Below are positions 1 to 11,092 of a stretch of 39,952 bases of DNA, in pieces. The notes beneath the pieces were generated by a model that did no database searches, was not told the origin of the DNA, and saw only the letters and a program-made list of their open reading frames with translations. Each line of letters opens with the position of its first letter. The first letter of the stretch is position 1. Origin of the DNA: Pseudovirgaria hyperparasitica (Eukaryota); the NCBI GenBank assembly GCA_010093815.1, contig ML996576.1; one strand, 5' to 3'. Both the position numbers and the translations under genes were made by a program.

Positions 1-124
1 CCTAACCCTAACCCTAACCCTAACCCTAACCCTAACCCTAACCCTAACCCTAACCCTAACCCTAACCCTAACCCTAACCCTAACCCTAACCCTAAACCTA
101 AACCTAAACCTAACCCTAACCCTA
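1..124 (+). repeat. Telomeric repeat (CCCTAA)n, left chromosome end
   Basis: About 20 tandem hexamers from base 1; three variant CCTAAA units at 91-108. Confidence 0.98.
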
Positions 125-192
125 CAACAAACCAGGTTAGTCTCATTCTTCTGGAGATCACGTCCACAAATCGACTCGAGTCGACAGGTTGT

Positions 193-675
193 TTAGCTTT
201 GCTGCAATTGTATCGCGATAACACCAGCACTTCCCCCTGTGACTGCCACAGTCGTTCTATTCAAACAGAATATGATGCTCTTGGCCGTAGCCTCTTCACG
301 CTCGCTAGGAGCATCGGATGGGAACACGGAGATGCGAACAGACTCTTCGTGTTCGTCGTTTGTGCAGAGCACGTATACGAGCGTTGGCACGGAGAAGGAG
401 ACTATCGTGTCTATGTTCGAGAAGTCATGCGCGACTTTAACTGCCGAAGGAATCACATTCTACGATCTCTAGGATTAGTGAGATGCCAAAATATAAGAAG
501 GGAAGCTCACTTGTCTACAATAACGCATCAATTCATCGACTGTGCTATCTGGCAATGGGAATTTATCCCATTTACCCTTCACGGGTGCAAAGGCCGTTCT
601 GAATCTTCGCAATTGATCTGGATCCACTGAGGACAATCCTCTGGACAAAGAATGTATAATAAAAGCTTCTGCCAT
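193..675 (-). CDS. Hypothetical protein, about 143 aa, two exons (675-511, 459-193)
   Basis: ATG in context GCCGCT-ATG-G. Intron 510-460 has a GTGAGC donor, CTAAT branch point and TAG acceptor and joins ORFs 475..675 and 193..456 in frame (phase 0). Region keeps normal CpA/TpG, so it is not RIPped. No recognisable domain. Confidence 0.6.
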
Positions 676-965
676 AGCGGCAGCGGATGAAATTGCGAAA
701 CAGAGATCATTTATGCGAAAAGTGATTGATGGGTGTAGAGGGCGGGGTAGTTCTAGGGCGCCCGCGCACTGAGCCGCATCGGCATCTGAACAAGTGTCAC
801 GTGCTTACCTAGTCCCTTAGAACTCTACGCTACTCCTAGCGTAGCGACTTACTATGCTACTATACCGTTAGCCATGCCTAGTTAAGTAACTTATCTATAT
901 ATAGTTTCTATAAGATATACTAGTTATAGAGATAGATCTAGCTAATCTATTAAGTTTATAGTAAT

Positions 966-1653
966 TATAATAATAATAATAATATTATATAACTATGTAG
1001 AGTAGTACTCTATAGATATATATCTTCTCTAGTCTAAGCTACTATATAAGAAGAAATCTAAGAGGAAAAACTCTCTTTACTCTATAACTATATCTTATTA
1101 AGTCTTTATATCTTCTTAAGTATATAGCTATAGAGTATATATATAGATCTATAGTCTATATTACTATTATTTTACTCTTATATAGTATATATAGTATATA
1201 TAATATATAGAGTTATTAGTTAAGGGCTACCCTTAACTAATAGTTAGAGTTCTTCTAGAGTTCTTCTAGTATATACTAGACTTCTTCTAGTATATACTAG
1301 GGTCTATCTAGTATATATCTAGTTTCTTCTAATATATATATCTAGATCTACTAGAATTAAGAGAGAGAGAGATATATAAGTATCTACTATATAACCTTCT
1401 TAGAGTACTTATTAAGCTATTATATAATATTAGAGATTCTTATTATATAGATATATATTTATCTTTATATATAGAGATTAGAGTATATTATAAGATAGTA
1501 TTATATTATATCTCTTTAGCTATATATATTATACTATAGAGATAAATTAAAGATATCTCTCTAGTATAGATAATATAGAAGCTCTATAGCTTCTATTTAG
1601 ACTTAGAGAAGTATAGATATCTAGACTTCTATTAGCCCTTTATATATCTATTA
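966..1653 (-). mobile_element. 5'-truncated, heavily RIPped 3' end of a Tad1-like LINE
   Basis: Colinear with 12871-13525 and 33802-34460: (TAA)n tail, 3' UTR palindrome, 20-mer repeats, ORF2 C-terminus. Confidence 0.85.
1214..1242. repeat. Shared palindrome copy 1 (LINE 3' UTR)
   Basis: TATTAGTTAAGGG-CTA-CCCTTAACTAATA. Confidence 0.95.
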
Positions 1654-2700
1654 AGATTATTAATATATTAAGTTATATTAGTTATAAAGTATACTATTTT
1701 CTATCTATATATCTAGTTAGTTATATTTATATATCTAACTAGTTTACTACTATCTATAGTAATTATATATAATATATACTAATACTATAGCTATAATAAG
1801 GTATCTAAATTTAAGAGAACCTACTACTACTCTTAGTAGCCTTATATATAATACTTAGATAGATATAGATTTATATCTTTATAGATACTATATTATAGTT
1901 AATCTACTACTAAACTAATATTAGAGAGTTTCTTAGTAAGATAATATACTTTATAGTCTCTTTAGAGTAATCTTATTACTTAGCTAGTAGCTTACTAATA
2001 TTAATATCTTAGTTATTATTCTAATTAACTTATAGTATCTTACTAGTAGATAGTATACTAGTTAGTTTATAGAAAGCTATTATAGTCTTATCTTATATAC
2101 TATTTAAGTTATTATCTAGAAAAACTAGCTTTATAATCTTTTTATATATCTTATAATATAGCGGTCTATTTAGAAGTAGTTTAGTAAGATAAGGTTTATA
2201 CTATTTATAAATATAAGTAGCTATAGTAGCGCCCTTAAGTCTAAAGCTATAATATTAATAGATATTCTAGTAGTATTTAACTATTTACTTTAGTACTAAC
2301 TCCTTAGTATAGAGCTTATACTAAGTATTATAGATCTAATTTAGATACTTCTATATATACTTACTAATTTTATTATTAAATAATCTTATAGTATACTTTC
2401 TATACTTATAAATTAACTTTATAGACTTAAGGTATTAGAACTTAGTCTTAGATATAACCTAATCTATATATACCTTAGCTAATATAGTTAGAAGATAGTA
2501 TAAAGGGTAGTAAACGGTTATATACTAAATAGATTAGTATCCCTTTATATATATACTCTTAGATTTCTACTAAAAGAATTTAGTAGTAATTTATTCTATA
2601 ATAGAATATACTCTATTATTCTATCTAACTATACTACTATCTAATAACTCTATTCTTATATTTAAATTACTTCTAATATAGTACTATAGTTAAGATAGTC
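1654..2700 (-). mobile_element. Extremely decayed AT-rich relic, possibly gypsy RT/RNase H
   Basis: Saturating RIP. Only faint traces resembling DHKA...NLNS..Q...DY...YKP near 2060-2140; boundaries approximate. Confidence 0.3.
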
Positions 2701-3081
2701 TAACTAGAACTAAGAAGATTAATATAATCTACTATAAATATAAGTAATACTATATTAAATAATAGAGATCCTCTATAATTAGTATTAAATCTAGCTATTT
2801 CTAACTAAGAAGTAGAGATATTAGACTAAATTATAGAACTTTCTAATAAAGAAATAGTAGATATACTAAGTAACTTCTAATAATAAGAAGCTAGATAATA
2901 AGTTATAGCGGAGCTATATAAGATATTATAATAAACTATTACTAAACTTTAGAAATATATTATAAATTAGATCTAAGAGATCTAAACTCTTAAAGAGTAG
3001 ATAGAATATATAAAACTTCTTATAAAGAGATAAGAACTTAAAGGGTCTCTTAAAGAACTACGCTAAATAATAGTAGATAGA
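2700..3081 (+). mobile_element. Old gypsy host element, segment 1 (probable gag region), continuing at 11093
   Basis: Joined to 11093 onward by the ATAGA TSD of the inserted element; left boundary approximate. Confidence 0.5.
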
Positions 3082-3321
3082 TGTAAGGATTGTAGACGTA
3101 GGATAGCAGTCTAACAGGTCATAGGAGGATTCGGGAATATATTTAGAAGGGTAGTCTACTCTCCTAACGAGATTGATTCCTGAAGAGCAGGAATCTAGTG
3201 TGTACGGCCTACTTATATAGTGGTCTCGCTTATTCTAGCTGGCTTAACCCGGGTCCACCTATCACGGACCGTACTGGGCCATAGTGGTCTAGTTAAGTCT
3301 ATCCTAGTGTCAACCCTAATA
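3082..3321 (-). repeat. 3' LTR, gypsy family 1
   Basis: Direct repeat of 10853-11092; the differences seen are transitions; TG...CA ends partly RIPped. Confidence 0.97.
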
Positions 3322-3338
3322 ATATCCTTCTTCTTTTT
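3322..3338 (-). other. Polypurine tract, gypsy family 1
   Basis: Minus-strand AAAAAGAAGAAGGATAT abuts the 3' LTR. Confidence 0.8.
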
Positions 3339-3808
3339 GTGCTTCGCCCCGAAGCACTTAGCTATATGTAAATCCGTAATTCCATAAGCGTTATGTTTGT
3401 GCGCGCATCTAATTAAATCCATGTAACGTTATCGATAGTCTTTGCATTAGTGAACTTGAGCTCTAGTTCACTTTTATTTATACACGCGCTCATCCCTTAC
3501 TTCATGGCTGCTGCCTTGGAGGTAGCTCCGCGGGTCATGTGACCGCTATATTAACTAAGCTTATATTTAGTTCTCTTGTTCTGAATTTTCTTCTCTAGTA
3601 TATCCACCTTACTCTTAAGGTAAGTCGTTAATTCGTATACTATCTCCTTTAGTTTAGATCCGTTCGGGTCTAGAGTGGTCTATTTTCGTTAGAGCTGGTC
3701 CTATGTAATCTATTCGCGTTGTTAGGGTTACTAATTTAGCTTCTTTAATCGCCTTTAAGGCTGAACGAGTATTCCACTCTTAGATCTCTAGCTAACGTGT
3801 GTGTATAG

Positions 3809-5113
3809 ATGTCTAATACTAGTCCTATTCCTAAGCCTGCCTCCTCCTCTCGTAAGACTCGCTCTAAAGGGATTACCTCTACCCCGGCTATACCGGCTAA
3901 AAAATCCACTTATCGTAGTGGTGTGAAGGCGCGCTCTAAGTTAGAGAAGAAGGCAGCTAAGGCTACTACTACTATTACTACTAACGTGGCCACTAGTCGC
4001 TCTAATCCAGGTGATTCTAGTACTGGTGTTGCGGAAGAGGTGGCTGCAAAGCCTACCTACACCTACTCGCGCCGCCTATCTACTCTACCTCCTTTAGAGG
4101 ATGAAGAAGATCTCGTCGTAGACGATAATCGAGAGTTCACGCCTTCGCCGCCTCGCTCTAAACGCTATTCCTCTTTTCGGTCTAACATAGACCGACTTAG
4201 TCGCTCTAGGTCCTTTCAGGACCTTAACATTCGCTCTAAACCTAGCCCTAGTAATAATAAGGCCTGGGTCGCCGAAGATACTAAACGTGGTCGCGGTTTA
4301 CGCCATAGGAAAACAGCGAACTACGGTTCGATATGCTTTAAGTGTATTAAGGCTCACGCCACCGGCTCTAAATATCTCTTCCGCTCTAACTCTAGTATCA
4401 GCTACTACTCTACTAACCGCGACGGGCCTATACGCCTAATCTTTAAGCTCCCTACCCGCTGCCGCCGCTATACCGTCCTCGGTAAAGTTTGTCTTTAGGT
4501 GAGTCTATTAGGCTGTTTTGGTCTAGAGTAATCTAAAGTCGTCCATACTAATGCGTTTTTAGGTTCCTATTCGTGTATAAGATACATATAACGATCTTCG
4601 CGTCCGCGAGACTCTTAGCGGTTCTAGCGGTTACCTAGCTTCTATACACAGGGAGTTTAGGGAGCGCTGTAAGCTCTTCCTAGAGGTTATCAAAGTATGA
4701 GTTTAGAAACCGTTAATTATCATTAACCTTAGCTTATAATTTTCAGTCACCGCGAGATTCCTAGCGCTTAGGCTACCTATTCTAGGGAGTCGGTTTTAGC
4801 CACTAAGGCCGCAGAAGAGATTCGTGCTGTTCCTTCCCGCCCGCCTCGTGCTACTAACGGGTCTCGCAAGAGGTCTACTAGTTCTCCTTCTAAGTCGCCT
4901 CGTAAGAGGGTATATATTCTATTCTAGATTATTCTAGACCGCGTTAGCTAACTTTAGGTCTAGTCGCTCCGCTCTAGCGCTTAGTCGTCGTCTTACCAGG
5001 CTCTAACCGAGCGCGTGGTTACTCTGGAGGATGAGGTCTCTAACCTCCGTCGCTCTATTACTCGGTTAGTTCGTTCGCTACGCTCTAAGAGTAATAATGA
5101 GATGGAGGAGTAG
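3809..5113 (+). pseudogene. Antisense accessory gene inside gypsy family 1: basic S/R-rich N-terminus, Cys-rich Zn-cluster-like motif, C-terminal coiled coil; about 4 exons
   Basis: 229-aa ORF followed by introns 4499-4562 (GTGAGT..CTAAT..AG), 4695-4732/4746 (GTATGA, acceptor ambiguous) and 4910-4963 (GTATAT..GCTAAC..TAG). Exons contain only TAA/TAG stops revertible to CAA/CAG. Confidence 0.75.
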
Positions 5114-5364
5114 CTCTGTAGCTCTATTTGCTAGGGTTTCTATGTGGTGTGTATTGGCTCTATCTGCCTAGTTTCTATCCGTTTTGGTCCTTTTTAGACC
5201 GTTTAGATACCCGTCTACCAGTTTTCTAGTAATTTAATTCTTAACTTGATGGTATTATATGCGTTCTTGTTTGTTCTGTGACTATTGAATTTTGGATTCT
5301 AATTTCCTTTGAGTTACTTGAGTGTGGGCATCGTATATAAATTAGTTTGTCTCTCTAAATTATA

Positions 5365-5414
5365 TTAGAGCACCCGAACCAGTGGCCTAGTAGTCATCGG
5401 TTCGGGTACTCTAA
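5365..5414. other. Inverted repeat / hairpin between convergent 3' ends
   Basis: TTAGAGCACCCGAACC (5365-5380) pairs with GGTTCGGGTACTCTAA (5399-5414) with one transition mismatch. Confidence 0.75.
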
Positions 5415-5739
5415 CCTTTTGTATTGTATATCACGAGTTCAATTCCGTAGTGGGGTACCTTTTTGGTTTCTTGGTCCCATGTTCTTCTCGTGTATAATGG
5501 TCCATGTTAGTCCATTCTAGACTTCTCTATGTTATTCTATTGTAATGTGTCGCGTCGCGTGCCTACAGCGGTTGTTTACGTTTTCTTCGCGTTTGGTAAC
5601 CGTGTATCGCTTAAATTATGGGGCTGCCTTACAGAGTTTTCCTAGTGTGCGTTTAGGATTCGTGATTCGACACTTCGTTCTCTACGGCATCCTTCTTCTT
5701 TTTACGACGGCCCCGACGGCGCTAGGTTTACGGTGGTAA

Positions 5740-8700
5740 CGTGTTGTCCTATAACCTCTGTTTATATGCAGCCATCGCGGTACTTAAGATATGCACCGTA
5801 GGTTTCTAGGTGTCCTTATCCTCGGTGTAGTTCTTCCAACGGATTCGATACTTTTGGACACCGTTCTCGTCGAGCCTATGTTCGACAATATGGTCCACTT
5901 CGTACACGTCTAGTCTATCTTAGAGTATAATGGAGTGTAATTGCACGTTCGTGCGTTTATACACGTTAGGTCGAAACCTTTTAAGCAATAAGACGTGGAA
6001 TACGTTATAGACTCTCATGTCGTTTCCTAGGTCGAGCTCGTAGGCTCTTATACCGATGCGACGTTTGATTCGGAAGGGACCAGCCATTTTATAATCGAGC
6101 TTTTTATTCACTCGCGACGTTCGTATGTTACGGACGTTAAGGAGGACTTCGTCTCCCTCCTCGTACGCTTGATCTTTAACTAACCTATTATAGTACTTTA
6201 TATACGACTCATTCGCTTACTAGATCATTGCGCGATAGTTGCGTGCGGTTTTAAAGATTTTAATCGCTAGTTCCTGCGCGTGGACGTTAACATCTATCGT
6301 TCGGTTGAACTAGACCGTGTAAGGTTCGAAACCTATCCTTAGACTACGTCCTAGGTTCGCCTAGAAGGGCGTAACATCTATTATACTATAACGACTATTA
6401 TTATACGCGAATTCTGCTATGCTTAGTAGAGAGGCCTAGTCGTCTTATTCGAAATTATAGAATGCACGAAGGTAGGCCTCGAGCGTTTGGTTCTATCGCT
6501 CTATCTAACCATCTGTTTATGGATGGAATGCTATTAACATGTTTCTATTCATACCGGCCATTTCGCAGAATGACGTCCAGAATTTGGACGTGAATGTACT
6601 CCCTCGGTCCGTAACGATCCTTTTTGGTATACCATGGACCTTGATAATCTTATTCTGGAATACTTGTACCAGTTCTTTTAATGTGATCGTCTTCCACATA
6701 GGGACGTACCTAGACATTTTTATGAGTCTATCCACGACAATAAGAATTAAATCATAACTTATCCTAAGCATCTCGCTTGGAGGCAAGTTAACTATAAAAT
6801 CCATAGTAATATCTTCCTATACAAAGAGGGGGACTAGTAGAGGCTGCAAGTTCCCATATGGCTTGTGCCTAGGTGCCTTTATTCTTTGACAAATCGGATA
6901 AGTAGCTATCCATTCTTCGACGTACTTAGGTATATCTTCCTAAAAATAGTACTAACGAATCGAGCTTAGGGTGCGTACATACCCGAAATGTCCTGCTAGG
7001 TCAGCGTCATGGTATCGGCTAACTACGGTAAATCGTGCGTTGCCCGTTGGCACATAGTACTTTCTATTATAGTAGAGCAAGCCGTCCACGAAGGTCCACT
7101 TATAGTCTACTTCGGTCCGTAATAACCTATCTTACTATATTTTACGCAACTTTAAAACTGTCGGGTCTGTCTTTTATAGATCCACGATTAACTAGGCGAG
7201 GTCTACTTAACATACACGCCGGGCACCATCGCCCTCCCTAACAGCGCCGATAAATGGCTCGCTAGGGACTTCGGTACCGCGTCTTTAGTCACCGGCTTCG
7301 GTCTTATAAATTCGATTACCGGTATCGGCGTTAGCATCTCGCTAATCGTCGGATAACTTATTATCTAACCTCGTCCTTGAGAGTTGGGCCTACAGCTACT
7401 CCAGGACCCTATGGCCACTATGATCCTAGGCGCCTTCTTTATAGTTAGGTCTTCTTAATATCCCATTAGCTAGGTTTATACTTCTAGGTCGATGGTAGAT
7501 CATAAAGTAGAAATTTATAAGCTACTTAGCCTATCGAACCTATCGACGATTTAAAACCGTCGTACTCATGAACCCCTTTAAGTTATGGTAATTAGTTAGT
7601 AACTTAACGTCATGTATAGCACCTTTAAGATAATATCGCCACTACTTAAACGACTCTACTATTACTAGTAGCTCTTGGTTATGAATAGTGTATCTAGTCT
7701 CGACGTCGGCCATCTTACGCGAGAAGAACGCAACTAGATACTATTAGACCTTTTTGGACTCTATTAGTCTAGGCTAGGAGAGTATGCCCGAGATTATAAA
7801 TCCTAATACATTAGTTTCGACGCGAATAGGTTTGGTTAGGTCGAAGTACACTAGTAATAGGGCGGTTAGGAATGCTTCTTTAATCTTCTCGAAGGATATT
7901 CTTTCGACCTTAGTTAATTTAATAGATTATAATTCGATATTACGCTGTTTCTATCTACCACGGACCGTAATAGACGAGTCGGTAGTAGTAGTGCGCGCAT
8001 TAAGTGGTGCGGCTAAACGGGAGAAGTGTTTAACAAATTTTCGGTAGTAGTTGGCGAAGCCAATAAAGACACGTATGTCTCGAACGGATTTTGGTTCAGG
8101 CTAGTCCATAATAGTAGTAACTCTATCTCTCTCCATGGTTATACCTTGATTAGTAATAACGAAGCCAAGAAAGTTAACATGGTCCTAATGGAACTCGCAT
8201 TTGGATAGCTTAATATATAGCTTATGCTTTTCTAGTCTGTCTAGGACTGTACGTACGTACTGGATATGCTTCTCCTCGTTATCTAAGAAGATAAGGATGT
8301 CATCTAGGTACACGATACATGTCGTGTCGAGTAGGCCTGCTAGCGCGTTATTAATGTACGCTTGGAAGGTGCCTAGCGCGTTGGTTAGTCCAAAAGGGAC
8401 CACGGTGTACTCAAAGTGTCTATAACGGGTCCTAAAAGCCGTTTTCCATTCGTCGCCTTCCTTAATGCGAAGGCGATGGTAGGCGTCACGTAGATCGAGC
8501 TTGGTAAAGATCTTTACGCGCCCTAGTCTATCGATAGACTCGGAGATAAGAGGTAGTAGATAACGATTCTTTCGCGTGATGTTATTTAGGCCACGGTAGT
8601 CGATACATAGACGGAGGCTCCTATCCTTCTTCTTTATAAAGAGGATTAGAGCTCCGGCTAGGGATATACTAGGCCTAATCTATCCTCGCGTAAGGTTCTT

Positions 8701-9430
8701 TTTAATGTATTCTCGAAGGGCTTATAACTCGGGTTCTAAAAGAGGGTAGATGGGTCCATGTGGAGGTTGCTGGCCGTCTTCGAGATCAATAGTAAGGTCG
8801 GTAGATTGGTATTAAGGTAGTTCGGAGGAATCGATCGCTAACGCGACATGTTAGTACATTTTATACTAATATAGTAGGTTTTCGTCCACTTTAATACTAA
8901 GCTTACTATTTTACGTGAGTAAGAGTATGTAGATAGTAGAGATCGCCTTCTCGCAATCTTTCTGGAATTATTCGTCGTCGATAAGCTATACTAGTTCCCA
9001 TTAAGGTGGGTTCATACGCCAGCCAGCTATCTTCTTAAGGAAGTCTAGTTTTGGGTTATATTTCTTAAGCTACGGCATACCTAGGATTATGTCGAAGGGA
9101 CTGTCTGCCACGATAAAGGTTAAGCAGCAGAGTTTCCATTTCCCTCCGCTGTCCCAGATGCCGTATTTGATGGTGCAGGTGCCGTGTAACTTAATGGGAC
9201 CGTCGATGCCATGGAACATGGCACCTATTAGAGCTTGGATGTCGGCGTTAAGTTCTCGTGCTCGTTAGGTCGACATGACGTTAGTAGCCGACCCACTATC
9301 GAGTATTATAGTCCAATATTATCCACGAGGGACCTCGATGGGTCTAGCCTATAGTTCGATGTACTATTTAGCGGATTACCCCTCTATTATGGTCGCGCCT
9401 ACGAGTCGCGAGGGTTTCTTATAGGCTATT
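5740..9430 (-). pseudogene. pol: pol (protease, RT, RNase H, integrase, chromodomain), gypsy family 1
   Basis: ILDSGS near 9300; VPFGLTNA and VYLDD (8185-8403); MDFIVNLP and IVTDRGSTF (6517-6804); GPFRI (5920-6111); chromodomain YEVDHIVEH...YRIRWKNY near 5800-5910; end approximate. Confidence 0.95.
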
Positions 9431-10811
9431 AGTTTTTTATATTCTATGCTAGGCAGTTAGGCGCGATGTGTCCTAGCTACTAGCACTTATAGTATATAAC
9501 TGGTTAGTTAGTTATATTAGCACTCGGTGGCTTCCCCAAACGGCACTTAGGTGCTATATGGCCTATTCTACTATAGGTGTAGTAAGTGACTTTAGATTAT
9601 TTATGCGAGTCGGTCCTCGTATCTCGATGTATCGATTGGTAGGGAGATCCACGATACGATCCGCGTGGTTTTGAATTCGAGGCGTGGTAGTGGCCTCGTA
9701 ACGTCCCGCGAGATCTGTTACTAAATCGGTTTTGGTTAGACGATTTTACGTTGGATTGGATTGTTAGGGATAGTCATGCACTAGCGCGGCGTTAATTATT
9801 TATTATACGCTAGTATCGCTCCGCGAGGTTTATAAGAGCTTAGAGGTCTATAGGGATTATCGTTATAAGGTCGAGACGGTCCTTTATATTTAGGGCGAGG
9901 GACCGTTTAAAGTCGTCGTACTATCGAATCATACGATCTTCTTCGGCTTCTCTCTAGAGGGGCCGAAGGTATTTAAGAAGTTGTAACGGTAACTAATTAT
10001 CTCGTTGTCGAGTCTTGAAGATATAGCCCTAGGCCTAGTCGCGTCGTTTAGCCCTATCGCCAAAATATTAGAGGAGAAATTCGGTGAACGTGTCCTAGTT
10101 GTAGGCATCCTTAGGATGTTTAATTCGGTGTGCTATCCAACGTTCTAAAGGCGTCGGGTCGAGGTAGTTCTAGGCGAATCTAATTTTATCGCTATCGTTC
10201 GTGAATAGATGGAAGAATCGGCTACATTAGTAAGCCCATGCGTGGAAACTCTTTCTACTTTTACCATCGAAGTGAGGTGGTTTCTTAGGTCGGGGTAATT
10301 GGGATAGTAGTGGACTAGGATGGATCGTTTTAGTTGGTATAGGTCCATATGGATATAGATTAGTCGTTACTAGAACCGAAGCGCGTAATACAGCTTCAAG
10401 TCTCGCAGTGCGTCCTCGAGCTTCGTCGAGTTCGCGTAGTTATTACTCGAGTTAAACCTATCGTTACCTCTCTTCGTGTAGTCTGGTATACACGTTATCA
10501 TGAGGTGTAGTTAACGTTAGGCGATTCTAACGGATTAACTCGTTAACGTTAATAAGGTCTAGCCTCGTGTTAAGGTTAGGTCTAGTATAGTTTAAACTAG
10601 ACCGAGATAGAGTATGATAGACTCCATCCTCGTGTTCTATAATATCTTCTATAGTTACACGGAATATCGTGCGAGTTATCGGTGCGATGGCCTGTAAGGT
10701 GTAGTCATCGGTAGAAGTAGTTATAGGTAGACTATTCTCCTCGTTCAGGTTAGGAGAAGGTCTACTATAAGAGGCGGTACCACGAGTGTTATGACGAGTG
10801 GTTAGAGCCAT
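9430..10811 (-). pseudogene. gag: gag, gypsy family 1
   Basis: ATG at 10811, 41 nt inside the 5' LTR; CX2CX4HX4C knuckle at about 9452-9495; A-AAA-AAC slippery heptamer at 9438-9432 before pol. Confidence 0.85.
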
Positions 10812-10852
10812 TCCTATGAACTACCGTCGTGCTATATAAAGAGAAATCAAAA

Positions 10853-11092
10853 TATAAGGATTATAGACGTAGGATAGTAGTCTAATAGGTCATAGGAGGA
10901 TTCGGGAATATATTTAGAAGGGTAGTCTACTCTCCTAACGAGATTGATTCCTAAAGAGTAGGAATCTAGTGTGTGCGGCCTACTTATATAGTAGTCTCGC
11001 TTATTCTAGCTGGCTTAACCCGGGTCCACCTGTCACGGACCGTACTGGGCCATAGTGGTCCAGTTGAGTCTATCCTAGTGTCAACCCTAACA
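10853..11092 (-). repeat. 5' LTR, gypsy family 1
   Basis: Direct repeat of 3082-3321; minus-strand TATATAAG box. Confidence 0.97.

Larger units (their letters stand above)
3082..11092 (-). mobile_element. Full-length Ty3/gypsy chromovirus (family 1), RIP-inactivated, 8.0 kb
   Basis: Two 240-bp LTRs; 5-bp TSD ATAGA (3077-3081, 11093-11097); gag-PR-RT-RH-IN-chromodomain order on the minus strand. Confidence 0.97.

Noticed and set aside
171..184. 14-bp perfect palindrome TCGACTCGAGTCGA (overlapping XhoI/SalI sites)
   Set aside because: Single short occurrence with no other polylinker or vector sequence; chance cannot be excluded
199..630. 143-aa plus-strand ORF
   Set aside because: Non-ATG start; antisense to a minus-strand model with good start context and canonical intron signals
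800..965. Possible DNA-transposon terminal repeat at the start of the RIP block
   Set aside because: No partner inverted repeat or transposase found in the window
125..3000. Telomere-linked RecQ helicase or telomere-targeted retroelement (MoTeR/Penelope-like)
   Set aside because: No helicase motifs seen and no element inserted within telomeric repeats
5376..5458. Functional tRNA gene
   Set aside because: Acceptor and anticodon stems do not form; kept only as a Pol III-like finding
11082..11092. Telomere-like AACCCTAAC at the LTR end (also 3312-3319, and GTTAGGGTTA at 3721)
   Set aside because: Only 1.5 units; TGTTAG-type starts are common for fungal LTRs; not an interstitial telomere
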